Assembly (NCBI RefSeq): GCF_035594765.1
Contig: NC_085844.1
Coordinates: forward strand, 54,699,923-54,763,922
Source: Anolis carolinensis
Taxonomy: Eukaryota
Reading direction: 5' to 3'
Length of the DNA stretch: 64,000 bases
The notes under the pieces are model-generated. The model was given only the letters and a program-made list of their open reading frames with translations. It did not search any database and had not been told where the DNA came from. How positions within the stretch are numbered: position 1 is the first letter of the stretch; each line of letters opens with the position of its first letter. The position numbers were made by a program, and so were the translations under genes. Shown here one piece after another: positions 24,910 through 38,858 of this stretch.

Positions 24910-25726
24910 TGAAGATATAGAATGGGGGAGGATGCCTGTGAAAAAGATCTTGGAGTCCTCCTGGACAACAAGTTAAACATGAGGCTACAAAGTGATGCAG
25001 CGGCAAAAAAAAAAAAAAAAAGCCAATGGGATTTTGGCCTGCATCAATAGGAGTCTAGTGTCTAGATCAAGCATGGGCAAACTTCACCTCTCCGGTTGTT
25101 TTGGACTTCAACTCCCACAATTCCTAACAGCCAGTAGGGCCGAAGTTTGCCCATGCCTGATCTAGATCCAGAGAAGTCATGCTCCCCCTCTATTCTGCCT
25201 TGGTCAAACCACACCTGGAATCACACTGTATCCAATTCTGGGCACCACAATTGAAAGGAGATGTTCACAAGCTGAAAGGTGTCCAGAGGAGGGCGACTAA
25301 AATGATCAAGGATCTGGAGAACAAGCCCTATGAGGAGCAGTTTAAAGAGCTGGGCATGTTTAGCCTGCAGAAGAGAAGGCTGAGCAGAAACATGATAGCC
25401 ATGTAGAAATATGTGAAGGGAAGTCATAAGGAGGTGGGAGAAAGCTTGTTTTCTGCTGCCTTGGAGACCAGAATATGGAACAATGGTTTCAAACTTCAGG
25501 AAAGGAGATTCCACCTGAACATCAGGAAGAACTTCCTGACTGTGAGAGCTGTTCAGCAGTGGAACTCTCTGCCCCGGAGTGTGGTAGAGGCTCCTTCTTT
25601 GGAGGCTTATATGCAGAGGCTGAATGGCCATCTCTCTGGGGTGCTTTGATTGTGATTTTCCTGCTTCTTGGAAGGGGGTTGGACTGGATGGCCCATGAGG
25701 TCTCTTCCAACTCTGTGATTCTATGA
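24910..25726 (+). mobile_element. CR1 LINE 3' portion
   Basis: [30 protein letters not shown]..., 3' UTR ending in gattctatga. Confidence 0.93.
25068..25159. mobile_element. hAT MITE inserted in CR1
   Basis: TIRs caagcatgggcaaact / agtttgcccatgcctg; TSD gtctagat / atctagat. Confidence 0.85.
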
Positions 25727-25734
25727 CCTATATA

Positions 25735-26078
25735 TGTGTGGTTTAGAAAAGAGGAGATTGGGGAGGGATGTGATGTTTAAATATTTGAAAGGGTGCCCTA
25801 TTCAGGAGGGAGCAAGCTTGTTTTTTGGCTACTCTATAGACTAAGACTTGGAGCAATGGATTCAAATTGCAGGGAAAGAGATTCCACCTAAACATTAGAA
25901 AAATCTTCCTCACAGTAAGGTAAGGTCTGTTTGACTATCTGGGAATGTGATGAAGTCGTCTTCTTTGTCGTTTTTAAGGAGAGGCCGGATGGCCATCTGT
26001 CAAGAGTGCTTTGTGTTCCTGCATGGCAGGGGTTGGACTAGATGGCCCTTGAGGTCTCTTCCACCTCCATGATTTTAT
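25735..26078 (+). mobile_element. Second, older CR1 3' end
   Basis: Parallels 25360-25726 (ttccacctaaacattag, ggttggactagatggccc). Confidence 0.8.
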
Positions 26079-26289
26079 ATTCCACTTCTCCACTTATGGC
26101 AACCTCATGAATTTCACAGGGTTTTCTTATGCAAAGAATACTCTTGGCACCTTACTTCTATTAGATCAATGGTTTTCAGCAAGCCACCCACACATAAAAA
26201 TCCCCTCGTGCCTGATTTGCAACTGTATTTTGCTGGTTCTGCACGTATACCAATGCACTAGACAAAGACTTTCTTCCACAATACAATTG

Positions 26290-26508
26290 CTTATCTGAAC
26301 TTACCTGTCTGTCACATCTCTCCTTTAGGACAATCAATTGATACCCTACTTGCATAGTTTTCCAACCGACCTCACAACTTCTGAGGATGCCTGCCAAAGA
26401 TGTGGGCGAAACATCAGGAGAGAATGCTTCTGGAACATGGCCATACAGCTCAGAAAACTCACAGCAACCTAAGTGATTCCTGCCATGAAAGCCTTTGACA
26501 ACACATTA
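26290..26508 (+). mobile_element. Penelope 3' end containing a hammerhead-like motif
   Basis: Reverse complement of the 21157-21290 Penelope end; ends catgaaagcctttgacaacac. Confidence 0.85.
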
Positions 26509-27972
26509 AATACTCCAATATGTTTTGCATTTCCATGACATTTTACATACTTATTCCTGTCTATCCACTGTGGCTTCACTCAGTGAATCTGATGAAGTGG
26601 ACATGCTAGCATTTTCTTCTTTCCAGTTATCCCAAAGGTGTTTTTTTTAATGCTAAAACAGATTTACACATCTATTTCTTTGAACTGGTATCCTTGACAT
26701 GTGACATGTGAATACAGTTGTTTTAGTGTGTGTATTTGAACATTTACAGTCCTAGTCTTGAAGTTAAGGAACTAGACTTTGATGTTCTGTGGATCCATTA
26801 CAAGGATTTTGAGGATATAGCACATATATTATTTGATTGTAAATTGTATCAGAAGGTGAGGGACTTGTACCTTGGTCCATGTATCAAATGGACAATTTAT
26901 TTATAATCTCTCATCAGAACAACTTATTTTAGGTGTGACCAAGACCCAAAATAACATATAAAACAGCTATGTATTTAAACAAAGCAATATGTCTGAGAGC
27001 CACATATGTGGGGCTGATCGGGGTAACTTGTAGGTAGGGTAAAGGTAAAGGTACCTTTACCTATTCAGTTTTATCATACCTATTTACTGTATTGTTATAA
27101 AAGTCTTATTTAACTTACTATGTAGAGTTGCATTAAGTTGTAACAAACTTTGTTGTTTGGTGTGGTATGGTGATATGGCCCAAGAACTAATCAATACAAT
27201 TTATTCTGGGGTTGCTTCCCATCCATAAGACCTGATCAAAATTACTTCACTGTTGAGGGGCTCTGTCCCCAACTATTTATGGAATGATATCTGAGTTTGC
27301 ATACTTCTCAAAGAGTTTTCTTTGAAGTTAGTCCTTATTTTCACTGTGTTTTTATGAATGAGTGGTCCTAAACTTCTGTTTCCAAACAAACAGGTATTTT
27401 GTTTGCAGTGATGGTTCTTCCTTGAAGTCCATCTGTGGATTTAGGTCTAACAGAGAGAAGTAGAAATGTGGTAGATGTAATTTATACATTTCCCTCACAT
27501 ATTGTGAGTATACACATAACTCCTATTATGGTCTAAACAAGAGACTAGAATGACTAAACCACTGCAGAAAACTCATAAAAACAAGTTTTGCTTTTTATGG
27601 GCTTCAGTATGAAGTGTAAATGTTCTTGAACTTAAACTCACCCATCATCCTGCTATAAAAGGAAAAGTCACTTTGGATTCTTCAAACAATGTTGTGCAAC
27701 AAAGTCAAATGTTTAAGTCTCAGAGCAAATTATGTTAGAATTATGCAGGTGTCAGTGACAAAGTCTTTTTGAAATGCTGTCAAGACTGCATCCTTAGTGA
27801 AGACAGAAACTGAGAATTGCATGTTGCTGTTTTGAGAATTCAAATCACTTTGATTACTTTCTTTTCAATTATTTATATTTTAAAGAAGGTTCAAGAGCCT
27901 AACTTTTAAAATAAATATGTAGCAATTGCTCAAAACGGACAGAAGTGGTTGCTCAGGGCTGTAGCACTTTAC

Positions 27973-30175
27973 TTAGAAATAACTTTTTATTGTTTTATTG
28001 TGTATATAAATAATAAAACAAACAATAAAAAACAAGAAACAGAAATAGAAAAAGAAATGTGTACAAAAATGCAAGCATACAAAAAAAGTTAACAAAGCAA
28101 TATACAGCAAACACTTCTGGAACATAGGAAAAACAGAGATTAGCTGTACTGTTAACATGTCTTAACATGTCCTTACCCCAATAACCCCACACCTGTGAAC
28201 TCATCCCCCTTGACCTCCGACACCACTCAATATGGATCACATAACTAACCAGCACTACCCTTATATCTTCTTTCAATAAATCCCATTTGTAGCAATCTTC
28301 AAATCTACCTTTGTCTTCTTTTCCAGATAAGCAAGTGCCAGCTTCCATTTGTTTGCAAATTCTTCATTAGTTCCTCCTTTGCTACTTTTTGTCAGCCTGG
28401 CCATTTGGATATTAATCTAATAATTTGTCTCTCCAATCTTTAATAGTTAGCTCTTTTTCCTCCTTCCATGTTTTGGCTATTTTTGGTCTTGCCACAACAA
28501 AGCAGTATTGATAAATTTCTTCATCTCCTGCACTAATACTCCTTCTAAATAGTCCTAATAGACACATTTCTGGGTTTTTCTAAAGTATTCACCCACTCCA
28601 TAATGGGCCAATATCTTATTTATATAGTCCCAATGCACATTATCAAATGCATTCTCTGTATCTAAAAACAGTAACACAATCTCTCTGCTAGGGTCCTGTT
28701 CAGCATACTCTATTATATCTAACACCGTTCTCACATTTTAGCTTAGATGTCTTCCTGGGAGGAAACCTACTGATCCCCATGTATTATTTTAACTGAATTT
28801 TGTTTTACCCCGTTTGCTAAAATTTCTTCAAATAGTTTATAATTGTTATTAATTAATGAAATTGGTCCATAGTTTTTAACTTGTTCCATGTCTCTGTCCT
28901 GTTTAGGTAGGAGAACTATTGTGGCTTCCTTCCAGGACTCTGGCATCTCTCATTTTTGGAGCACTTGGTTCATTGTTGAGAGCAGTAACGGGCCTCATTC
29001 TTCTTTTTCCAGTTTGTAGAACAGGACAGAAGAATCCACCCAGGCCTGCGACTTTATTTAATTTGGCCTTATCTATGGCTGTACTCAATTCTTCCTATGT
29101 AATTTGTCTATCCAGGTCTGATTTCATTCTTTCTGATTGTTTGGTGATGTTTATTGGTCTAATTTTTGATTTTCTATCTGATTATTTTTTATAAAAGTTA
29201 CTATAATAGTCTCCAAAAACTTTTTGGATTCTTCTTATATCTCTCCTTTGTTCCTTATCTTAGCTGTTAGTGGCCTCTTCATGTGATCTTTCATTTGCCA
29301 CGCTAAAAAGCTTGCCAGGTTTATTCGCATTTTCAAAAAAATTACGTCTATTATACATAATTTTCCTTTCTAGCTCATTTGATAAGAATAAATTATATTG
29401 CTGCTGAACTTTGGCTCGTGCTTTTTTCTCTCTGTCTTAATTCCTTTTCTTTATATCTATTTATGATAAGCAACTCTTACCTATATTGGGGGGGGGGAGT
29501 TTGCACCAAAATTTTGTTGAGTTAGAAACCTCTTTCCACCACTTTTTCTGCGTCCCAGACTATCTTTTCAGCTATATCCTCCTTAAGATTTTCTTTAATA
29601 TAATTTTGTATTTCTGTCCTAATCTTTTCCTTCATTTTTTGGTCTTATATAATTATTTCGTCTACAAAGCTTCCTTTCCTAGAGTCCCCCTTTTAACTGT
29701 AAGAGTATCAGATTGTGGTTTGCAAATACTCTGGGTAGCTATTCCACCTTCTCTGTTTTGATTACCAACTCCTTAGTTGCAAAAATATAATCTATTCTGG
29801 ATGATCATCCATGTCTATGGAATAATATGAGTATTCCCTTCTATCTAGATTTTGCAACCTCCCATAGGTCATACATTTCCCAGTGTTTGTTGTAAGAGTA
29901 AGGATGCCTTGGTGTCCTTTTTCTTTTAAAATTTTTGAAATTTCTGAAATTTCTATTTTGGTATCCATTACCTTCATTAAAGTCCCCTAACCATAACATC
30001 TCTTTCTCCCCAAATTCTGCTAGGATATTGGATAATGATTATAAAATATTTTTTTGATTTGTGTTGGGTGCATAGATCCCTACTAATAAGATGTGCTTAT
30101 ATTAAAACCTTACTTTAACTATTAATATTCAGCCTTCTTGATCATCATATATTTTCTCTGAATAGAACCTACTTT
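27973..30175 (-). mobile_element. Degraded L1-clade LINE (ORF2 remnants and 3' UTR)
   Basis: Minus strand: LVGIYAPN (APE), ENANKPGK, AIDKAKLNKVAGLGGF, KNYGPISLIN, LFLDTENAFDNVHW, IAKTWK. Confidence 0.8.
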
Positions 30176-30801
30176 CTTAGCAGACATACAGGATACTGTA
30201 CTGTAAAGTAGATGCAGCAGTTTTTTTTAGAGTGTAAGCCATGTTACTCTTACAACATAACATTGAAAATATGGTATTTAATGGACCAAAAACCCATTAT
30301 TAAGAAATGGGTAAAACTACCTTTGACCATTCCTTGCCGGGACTCCCTCAACCACTGTGGAAGTGGGAGGAAGTCTCTACTGCCCAGCTGTGCTAGATGT
30401 CCCTCTCCACCCCCTGTGTCATGGCAAGTCTGGCTACAACACGTCACCTGTCTTATCCCTAGGGGGGAGATGAGGAAAGCCTCCTCCTCTGAAATCAAAG
30501 CAAGCATAAGGAATATGGAAGATGGCATGGTGTGGCCAGGGACCATCGTGATGTGGAGGACACAGGGAAGTGCCATGACATGCCCTCCGGCAGCCCAAGC
30601 CCAGGAAAAATGGGATGACAGGCAGGCAGGACAGCTACAACTGATTCTGGTTGGGAACCAGCCTAGCTGCCTTTACTGTCCCTAAGTCAGAGGTAAAGTT
30701 TAAATCGTGGAGCATTTAGGGTAGCTAGCATGGCTAATGTGGATATATTATCAATGAATATTTGATTTTTATACCGGTTTTATATACCTATATACTTGGG
30801 G

Positions 30802-31070
30802 CAGGATCATAGCCAGAAAAAAATGGGGGGGGGGGGGTGTGTGATTTTTTTTTAGTGAATCATGAAGAGTAGTTCCATAACACAAAATAATTTTGAAATC
30901 AGGCTCCATCAATAAACTTCAGTGGACACTCAAGACAGATAAACTTTAGTGGACACTCATGGGGATTTAGTTAACCAGTTAAAATTCATGAGTAAACCAG
31001 TTTTTAAAAAACCAGAAAAATTTTGGCCGGGGGGGGGGGGTTTGAATCCCTACCCCCCCCCCCTTGGGGT
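30802..31070. mobile_element. hAT MITE with right end truncated (same family as 35443-35707)
   Basis: Colinear similarity with 35443-35707. Confidence 0.8.
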
Positions 31071-33179
31071 CATGTGAAAGTTTCTTGGAACAAACAGAGG
31101 TCCTACGTAGAAAAGTTTAACAAGCACTTGACTCAGGCTGGAGGGAAGACCTGCTACTTCTCAGCTCAAACTCTATTGTAATATTTACTTCATACATAGT
31201 GCTGCAGCCTGACACTGAAAGTCAGAGTTTCTTCAGTGCTGCTTTGTCATTTCCTCAAAGCTGATACTGATTAATAACTTCTACCTAGCTAGAAATAAAG
31301 GAGGAAAAGGGGGAGATGCTGGGCCATCATTAAAAGGAGCTTCTCTGTTGGAGGCTTTCTTAACTGAGGCATGCCTGTGAGGTCTCTTGAATTTGATGGG
31401 TCTTCCCTCTGTCACTGACTTTGACAAAAGTGTGTGCCTCATTTTGACTGTATTGTAGCTTGAAGCTAAAAACATTAGTGAATGTTGTTGTTTTTTTACT
31501 TAGTAAAACATCATAACTTTTAAACTTTTACTAGAATTAATTGTAGGAAAGAAGCTTTGTGTTCCAATTCTGATGGAAAGGTTGACTCTGCAAAGCTGGA
31601 TCTTTTCTAATTCTACAGAAATAGGACTTTATTATGCAAAGCCACTGCCCCATGGCAGTTACGCAATTACAGTTAGCAACAGCTGTGCCAATTTGCCAAT
31701 CTGTGGTCCTGTAACAGTACCTGTGCTTAGCTTCATAACTCCAGCATCCCATAGTTGTGATACTCCATAATATTTTTTAAAATACTGTTTAAAAGACAAC
31801 ATCACAGTTACAGCTGAGATTAATAAAAAAAATTAAAATAAAACTTCAAATCAATGATTTACTTCCTTGGGAATAGCAAAGGGTTGGGTGGGAACGGAGG
31901 AGAATCCCACCCTATGATGTCACTTCATGCTGGCACAGAAGCACAAAGGGCTCATCACATTAGACAAGTGATGAGAATGTGGCACAATCTGCGGCTGTTG
32001 GGTTTTTTCATCAGTTGTAGGTGATAGATTTATTTTGGCGAGGTAGCAAACTGACAATGGATTTTACATGGCATTTTGTGATAAGAATCATCCCCAAATA
32101 TGTCTGTCTTGCTTTGATGCTAGTTTGCCATCTTTGTCCTTAGGGACTGAAATGTTAGTTATCAGAGCTGTCTGGTTGTTTCTAGCAGTCAATTAAACCC
32201 TTCCAAGACTTAAGAGGCAGTCTCCCCAGAATGCGTTCTTGCTCTGAGCCATGAAAAGTCCTGGATCACTCACGTTATTATTTTATTCTTGTTGAATATG
32301 TAAGCTTAACAGAGTCTTCAGTAGTGCAATAAATGACATGAATCCAACCTGGTAGTCCCAAAGAGAACAGCGCTATTAAATCAGTGGAAATTATATAAGT
32401 GCTGAGTTATGAATCTGATGCTGAGGATCTTTTGTGATTGAGACTGGCATCTTTACTTATAACAAAGTGCTGTTTCCCATTCGCTCCAGCCTCAGAATGA
32501 AAAGCTCCTATCGGCAGAATATGGAGAGGTGATTTCTGCTCCTCCTCCTGTCTCATTTACCGCCCCCTCCCCACCAAATCAATTTAAATACATGAGGGCA
32601 GGCAGGCATAGAGGAACATTTCAATTCCTCCTGACCTGACAAATCTTTCTTCTCTGATTTTTCTAATGGTTCAGCATTCCCTAGTGAGTAACAATCAGTT
32701 CTGAGAGGGATAAGAACAATGAATTATTAAATTCAAAGAAAGATGTGGGGAGTAAGGGTATCTGGCTTATAGATGAAAATCATATTTAATTTTTAAAAGA
32801 TTCTAGAGGAAAGAGTGCAATTCTATTACATTTCTACAATTTTATCTCTCCTATAAGGAACTTAATAGACATGTCTGAAAAGTCTTCCATGCAATTTTCA
32901 TTATAGGATCAAGAATATAGGCTGTAATGTTATTGGATATCTATTGTTTTGTGCCATTGAGTCATTTCTGACTTATACGTATCCTAATCATGGAATCTGA
33001 AAGGTCAGTGCAGGATCTCCAGCTAAAATATCCTCAGCAGGTAGTTACCCAGCCTAATTTTGAAGACATTTAGAAAAAGACACATCAGCATATCTCACAA
33101 TTTGTTCCATTTTCAAATTGTTTTCACTGGTAAAAGGTTCATTCTGATGTTCAGTCCAAATTACCATCCTGTAATGGTA

Positions 33180-33445
33180 ATGGGTTTCTATATCTGAGTG
33201 GGAATTTGAACATTAGCCTTAGACAGATTGGACTATGACTTGGAATATGCCTCTGAATTGTATATTAATATTGGATGTTAATTTAATGTTACTGTTTTTA
33301 TTGTAATTGTTTTTATATACTATGTCTTTATTGGTGTACAACATCTAATGATTGCTATTGTAAGGCCACCCTGAGCTCCCCTTTGGGGGTGAGAAGAGCG
33401 AGATATAAATGCTTGTAATAAATAAATAATGAATAAATAAATAGT
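33180..33445 (+). mobile_element. L2-type 3' end with (TAAA)n tail
   Basis: gtaaggccaccctgagctcccctttgggggtgagaagagcgagatataaat. Confidence 0.6.
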
Positions 33446-33559
33446 TCATTGCTCAAACCATTATGTCATACTGGGAAATTACTGAAATGTAAAAATGATT
33501 GTGCCCTCTTAGAGGTTGCATCAGTGAGGTCCATAATGTAGTCAACATTTTCAAAGTAC

Positions 33560-34085
33560 ACAATTTATTTATAATTTAATTAACCCCATTTCTGCCCCGC
33601 AGGGGACTCAAGGCGACTTACATATGGCAGCTATTAGATGCCTTAAAACATATACAAATAGTAGACTTAAAATTGAATTTAAATTAGTACATATTCAGCA
33701 TTTAAAAACATTACATTCAATATTAAAATCATGTCCAAAAATCATAGTCCAAGGCCGTTCTGTCGTCATTCTACATATTCCAAAGTCAATCATTGCAGTG
33801 TACTAAGCACTGAAAGCCTGATCCCAGAGCCAAGATTTTACTTTTCTTCTGAAGGCCAGAAGGGAGGGGGCCGATCTAATATCATTAAAGAGTGAGTTCC
33901 GCCGTTGAGGGGCCACCACTGAAAAAGGCCTGTCTCTCGTCCCTTGCGAAGCAGGTGGGATCTAGAGCAAGGCCTCCCTAGACGATCTTAATCTCCAAAG
34001 TGTCTCATAGTGGGAGACACGTTCAGACTGGTAAACTGGGCCAGAACCATTTAAGACAGCTAAAGCCAGCACTTTGGATTGAACT
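33560..34085 (-). mobile_element. L2 LINE 3' fragment
   Basis: gggactcaaggcgacttaca tail; RAFFSGGPSTAELT-like and FKWFWP remnants on the minus strand. Confidence 0.7.
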
Positions 34086-35442
34086 CCTCTCTCAATTATT
34101 TTGTGTCGTGAATGGGGAAGTAATCAATCATTGTGCAACATCTGTGGCATCCCATTCATTGCACAACTGAGGGATCCATCATAATTACACTAGGGAATAT
34201 TTACACTGTGCTAAAACTATATAGGATCTTGGCCATAATTTCCATGATGGTCAAATAAGAAACTTTGTTGTGAATGAAGCTTGTATTGTAATGTGTGGCA
34301 GTTTTGAGGAGCTTAATATTACTAAATAAGGTTTATGATAAATGTGACAAGATAAAAATCTAGTAATTATCATTGTCCCTAAGGTTTTCAGTTGCAGGGT
34401 ATTTCTGTACTGATTGCACCAGAGTTGCTTCTGAAGAAGTACATCCATGCCTATTTTAACTAGTCTATAGTGCAGTATTTTAGAATGCACCTCCCTTTTA
34501 GCTGAATAGGCCATTGAGGAGGGAGAGATGGTTGAATTTTCCTTTTTAAAAATGAAATGTAGCCATTGACAGACTTGTGTCTGCTTGCAGCACGTGGGGG
34601 TGGAGCATTTAAACTTTTCAATATGCAACCTTCTGAGTCTTTATCTGTGTTTCCCCCCACTAAATAGCTATATGTGCATATATTAAATTTAAACTATCCT
34701 CGTGCCACCTATGTGAACCACTTCCCACCCCCAGAGCTGTGTTTTCATAATTAAAAGGAATCATGAGAAGATCCAGTGTTCTGCACACCTTGGAACCCTA
34801 ACTTGAAGGTGTCAACAGATATCAAGTAAGTGGACCAATGCTAAGCCAAAGATCTTCAAGAACTGTATTGGTTATGAGCTCCACATTGATAAATTCTGTC
34901 TGGTCATCATGTTTATAGTGGGAGCAGGTAGGCAGACAGAGCTTTGCTTCACTTCACTGTTGATTTATCATGTCATCTCTGTTGGGTAATTTCAAAATGG
35001 AAAAATACAAATCAGCAACAACAACAGTAGCAGCAGTTTAGCAGATTGGAAGCGTCTTGAGCAGTAGAACAGTAGAGCAAATGAGCTTCAGCTATACAGC
35101 AGCAGTGTCAAGCTTTCAGAGTTAGAAAATGCTTTATGAAAAGAATAACATGTCTATATAGGAATGTTAGGGGCTAGCTATCCGTCTATCTTTCAGAAGA
35201 CATCCATGTTCAGAGGAGGAGAAGAAAATGGAGACTCGGAGGCTAATCATGTAGTCAGAGACTGACTAAAAAGAGGAGTATCAGTGTAACAAACAGGAGA
35301 CAGCAGGAGAGAGGCGGGCGGGGGGGGGGGGGGATAAACAAAGAGGGCAGTGAGGGAAGGGCTTTTCTTACCAGCTAATTCAGCTGCCTGTCTACTCCTT
35401 GTTGAGGACTACAAACTTGTGCAGGATGTGGCTGACTTCCAA

Positions 35443-35707
35443 CAGGACCATAGCCAGATAAAAATTTGGGGGGGGGGGGGTTAAAACTTTTTTTAGTGAA
35501 TCATGAAGACTAGTTCCATGATGCAAAATAATTTAGAAATCAGGCTCCATCGATAAGCTTCAATGGACACTCAAGACAAACTGTAGTGGACACTCATGGG
35601 TTTTTAGTTAATCAATTAAAATTCATCAATAAACCAGGTTTTTTTTTAAACCTGAAAAATTTGGAGGGGGGTTGAACCTCTAAACCCCCTCCTTGGCTAC
35701 AGCCCTG
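35443..35707. mobile_element. hAT MITE
   Basis: TIRs caggaccatagcc / ggctacagccctg; 8-bp TSD acttccaa at 35435-35442 and 35708-35715. Confidence 0.88.
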
Positions 35708-38086
35708 ACTTCCAACAATCTCAACAACCATGTTGTCTCCTCTACCTACTCTAAGGAGGCTCACAATTTTGTATTTGTTTCTCTACTGACAAACCAGATA
35801 AACAAAGTTGTAGCTAAAGTAGGTTAAATTCTATGATGTGTGTGTGTGTGTTTTAAAAAAACTAAATAGAATTTTTTTCAATTTAAATTGAATTTTTAAA
35901 GATATCATAAATGGTGATTTTTCTCTTTTAGCTCTCAGTAAAATTAAAACAAACATTACACTGAGCCATCTGTCATCTCCCGGATCTATTGTATAGCTGC
36001 AGGACTCGCCTCCTCACATCTCACTATATTGTGCCAGGTAGAAAGTAGACAAATTGGAGAATTACCTGGTTACATCCCGATAGTCAAATGCAAAGAATTA
36101 CAACATCCCCTGGTGTCTGATGACTAGTAATAATTTTGCACTGGAAGTGCTACTCAACGGTAGCTATGTTGCAGGCTGGCTTGTTCCCAACTTCCCACCT
36201 TGATGATTTGTATGAAAACCATGTAGATATTCATGATGAATTTTACTGGTTTGAAGTGCAGATGTTTGAAGACAGGATATGAATTCTTAGCCACACAGAA
36301 GTCATGTCAACTTACATTAATGCTGTTGGTGGTCACAGATAATTTCACCCATTTTATTTTTACCAAGCATCTAGCAAGACCAGAATGATAGAAATGTCAT
36401 ATCACCAGAGGTGTTATTTCCAAGAACTAAGATGATTCATTTCATATGATGAGTAGGAGTTGGGAACAGAGGTGCTTTATATGTCATGCAGCTGATATAA
36501 ATTAAATTATGTTTATTTTTAATAGGTTTGTTTAAGGTTTTAATTGTATTTTCTCCATATAATTGTATAGCACCTTTAGTCTGTTCTTGCCAGAAAGGCA
36601 GGATATACATGGAACAAACAAAAAAAAATCTAGACCCTTTCCCATTTCTTAGTTGAGACTCAACTACAAAATATGTGCATATATTACATTTTCCTTTTAT
36701 ATTATTGTACTATATCCCATTATTTATAATGTCCAAAGCCCAGAGGAAAAAATGAAGAATTAAAATAGATGTGCATGGAATTTAAGACTCTTGCATTGAA
36801 TTTGACAAATGTAAATGAATATTTTGAGCCTTAGAATGGATACATTTATTAAAAATAAATGAAAAGGAGATTGTTCTGAAGCTTTTAAGATCTTATTTCG
36901 GCTCTTGCTTGAAATGATGTTTCAAGTTTCAATTACTGACTGTACGTGATCACCTTTACAGACTCATTGCATAGTATTGCAAGAAAGATGCAGTAAGTTT
37001 TGGGATTGCAGTCATAGGTCTAATCACTTGGTGAATTTCAATATCATTGAAACACAAATGAGGTTTATCTTCTGTAGAAGTGTACATAAGGCTGGTCTGG
37101 TCCCATTTTGTTAACATATTCATTTGAAATGAAATTTCTATGTAAGTGCCATCACACAACCAAAATTACTCCTTAGACTGGTTGTTCTTGTACATTTTAG
37201 ACCTCCTATCCTCTTTATCTTTTTAGAGTTTATAGTAAGATTACTACATATAGATGGTCACCCAAGTGCTTTTCAATATTAGTGTACCTACCGTAGTATA
37301 TGATTTTCTCATGTAAGTATAAACAGTAGTAGCAAAAAGGAAACCCTTTTTGTCTTCCTCCGACATTCCAGATGATACATTTTAGCCACTGCTTTCTAGT
37401 GGTATCACGTAAAAATTAGAACTGGATTAAATTCTCAACTTTGTGATGAACTTTCTGTGTACTTGTGGGCAAGTCAGTTTTAGTTTCCCAGATACTTAAT
37501 AATGAATAGTGACATCTTATTCCACTGAATGGGTCAGATGGTTGAAACAACCTTCCTTTGATGGGATGGATCTGCAATGAGGATTAATTTAAATCTTTTC
37601 TTTACTCACTTCCTATTCTCACTGTGGACTGGCTCTGTCTCCCTCTACAGTGCTTAAAATGAGTTCCTTCCAGAGGTACTTTCCTCACGTTTACCAACTG
37701 AGACATCTCTGCTATCTGTATTTATTTTCTACACCAAGGGGTATTTCATCTTATTAATATCTAGGATTGGCAGCTAGTCCTGCCTCTTTCTAAACTTAAT
37801 TGGTTCTCCAAATATTAGACTGCACCACTAAGGTGCCTTAATCTTGGTTTTACTGCTTAGGACAACCACTGGAGTTGTGGATTAAGACGGATCTGGGGAG
37901 CTACATTATTCCCATCCCTACTCTAAACTAAAAAAAAAAGAAGCAAAATTGAGAAAAGTTATTCTTTTACAACACAGTTGTTAGAATTCCCTCCTTCTGC
38001 TGCCTGAGAGTTTCTGGGATTTTGTGGTTAAAAAGTAAGTTTACTTTATATATAGTACTTTATAGTACTTTATAGATAGGCATGCA

Positions 38087-38482
38087 TTATTTATTTATTC
38101 ATTCATTTGCAGTATTTATACCCCACCCTTCTCATCCCAAAGGGGATGCAGAGTGGCTTACAGAATACACATATGGCAAACATTCAATGCTGACTATACA
38201 ATTAACAAGGACAGAAACACAGAGGTAAAAGCAGTTTTTCCCCATCTTATTTCCAGCAGCAACTCCGGCCATTGGGGGGTGCGGTGGGGGTTGTGCTGTC
38301 GCTCCATCTTCCATGCTGATAAGCTTTCCTCTGATCAGTGTCTTTAAGGGCTCCTTTATTACCTCAACAATTACCTAAAATCAGTACCTATTTATCTACT
38401 TGCATTTCTGCTTTTAACCTGCTAGGTTGGTAGGTGAGCTGGAGCTAACAGCAGCTGCTCAACCTCACCTGGGCTTGAACTA
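38087..38482 (-). mobile_element. SINE with a Sauria-like core and L2-type tail (Anolis SINE2-like)
   Basis: 38383-38480 resembles the Sauria SINE body; 38087-38165 is an L2-type tail. Confidence 0.65.
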
Positions 38483-38858
38483 TCATTTTTTGCCAATGGA
38501 AAACAGGTCTATGAATTAAATCATTTATTGTTGTAGACGTAGGATGAAATCAGCATTACCTCCTTTTAAGAGATGTTCGATCCCTGTGGTATGGATAGAA
38601 ATACAGTGTATATATTCATGAGTTCTGCATCCAGAGATTCAACCAGCCATGCTCAAAAAATATTCAGGAGGGAAATTTGAAAAAGTAAACCTTGATTATG
38701 CTGCATGCCAAGCATTATCCTGGTGTGTAGGCACATCCTGCTGCAGCCTCTCCATTTCATAGATTCTCTGGCTGCCTCTGATACTCATTGAGTTGTTTGC
38801 TGTTTTAAATAAGGGATAACATTTTACTATCTGCATCCACAGATTTTAGTATCCATTG

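Noticed and set aside
26575-26660. Second hammerhead (ctgatgaagtggac)
   Set aside because: Resembles another old Penelope-type end, but the stem II 3' strand and GAAA core are missing
30212-30685. 157-aa ORF
   Set aside because: No recognisable homology; sits among degraded repeats
35932-36038. Possible additional UTR exon (ttttag...CCAG|gtagaa)
   Set aside because: Weak donor and no other support
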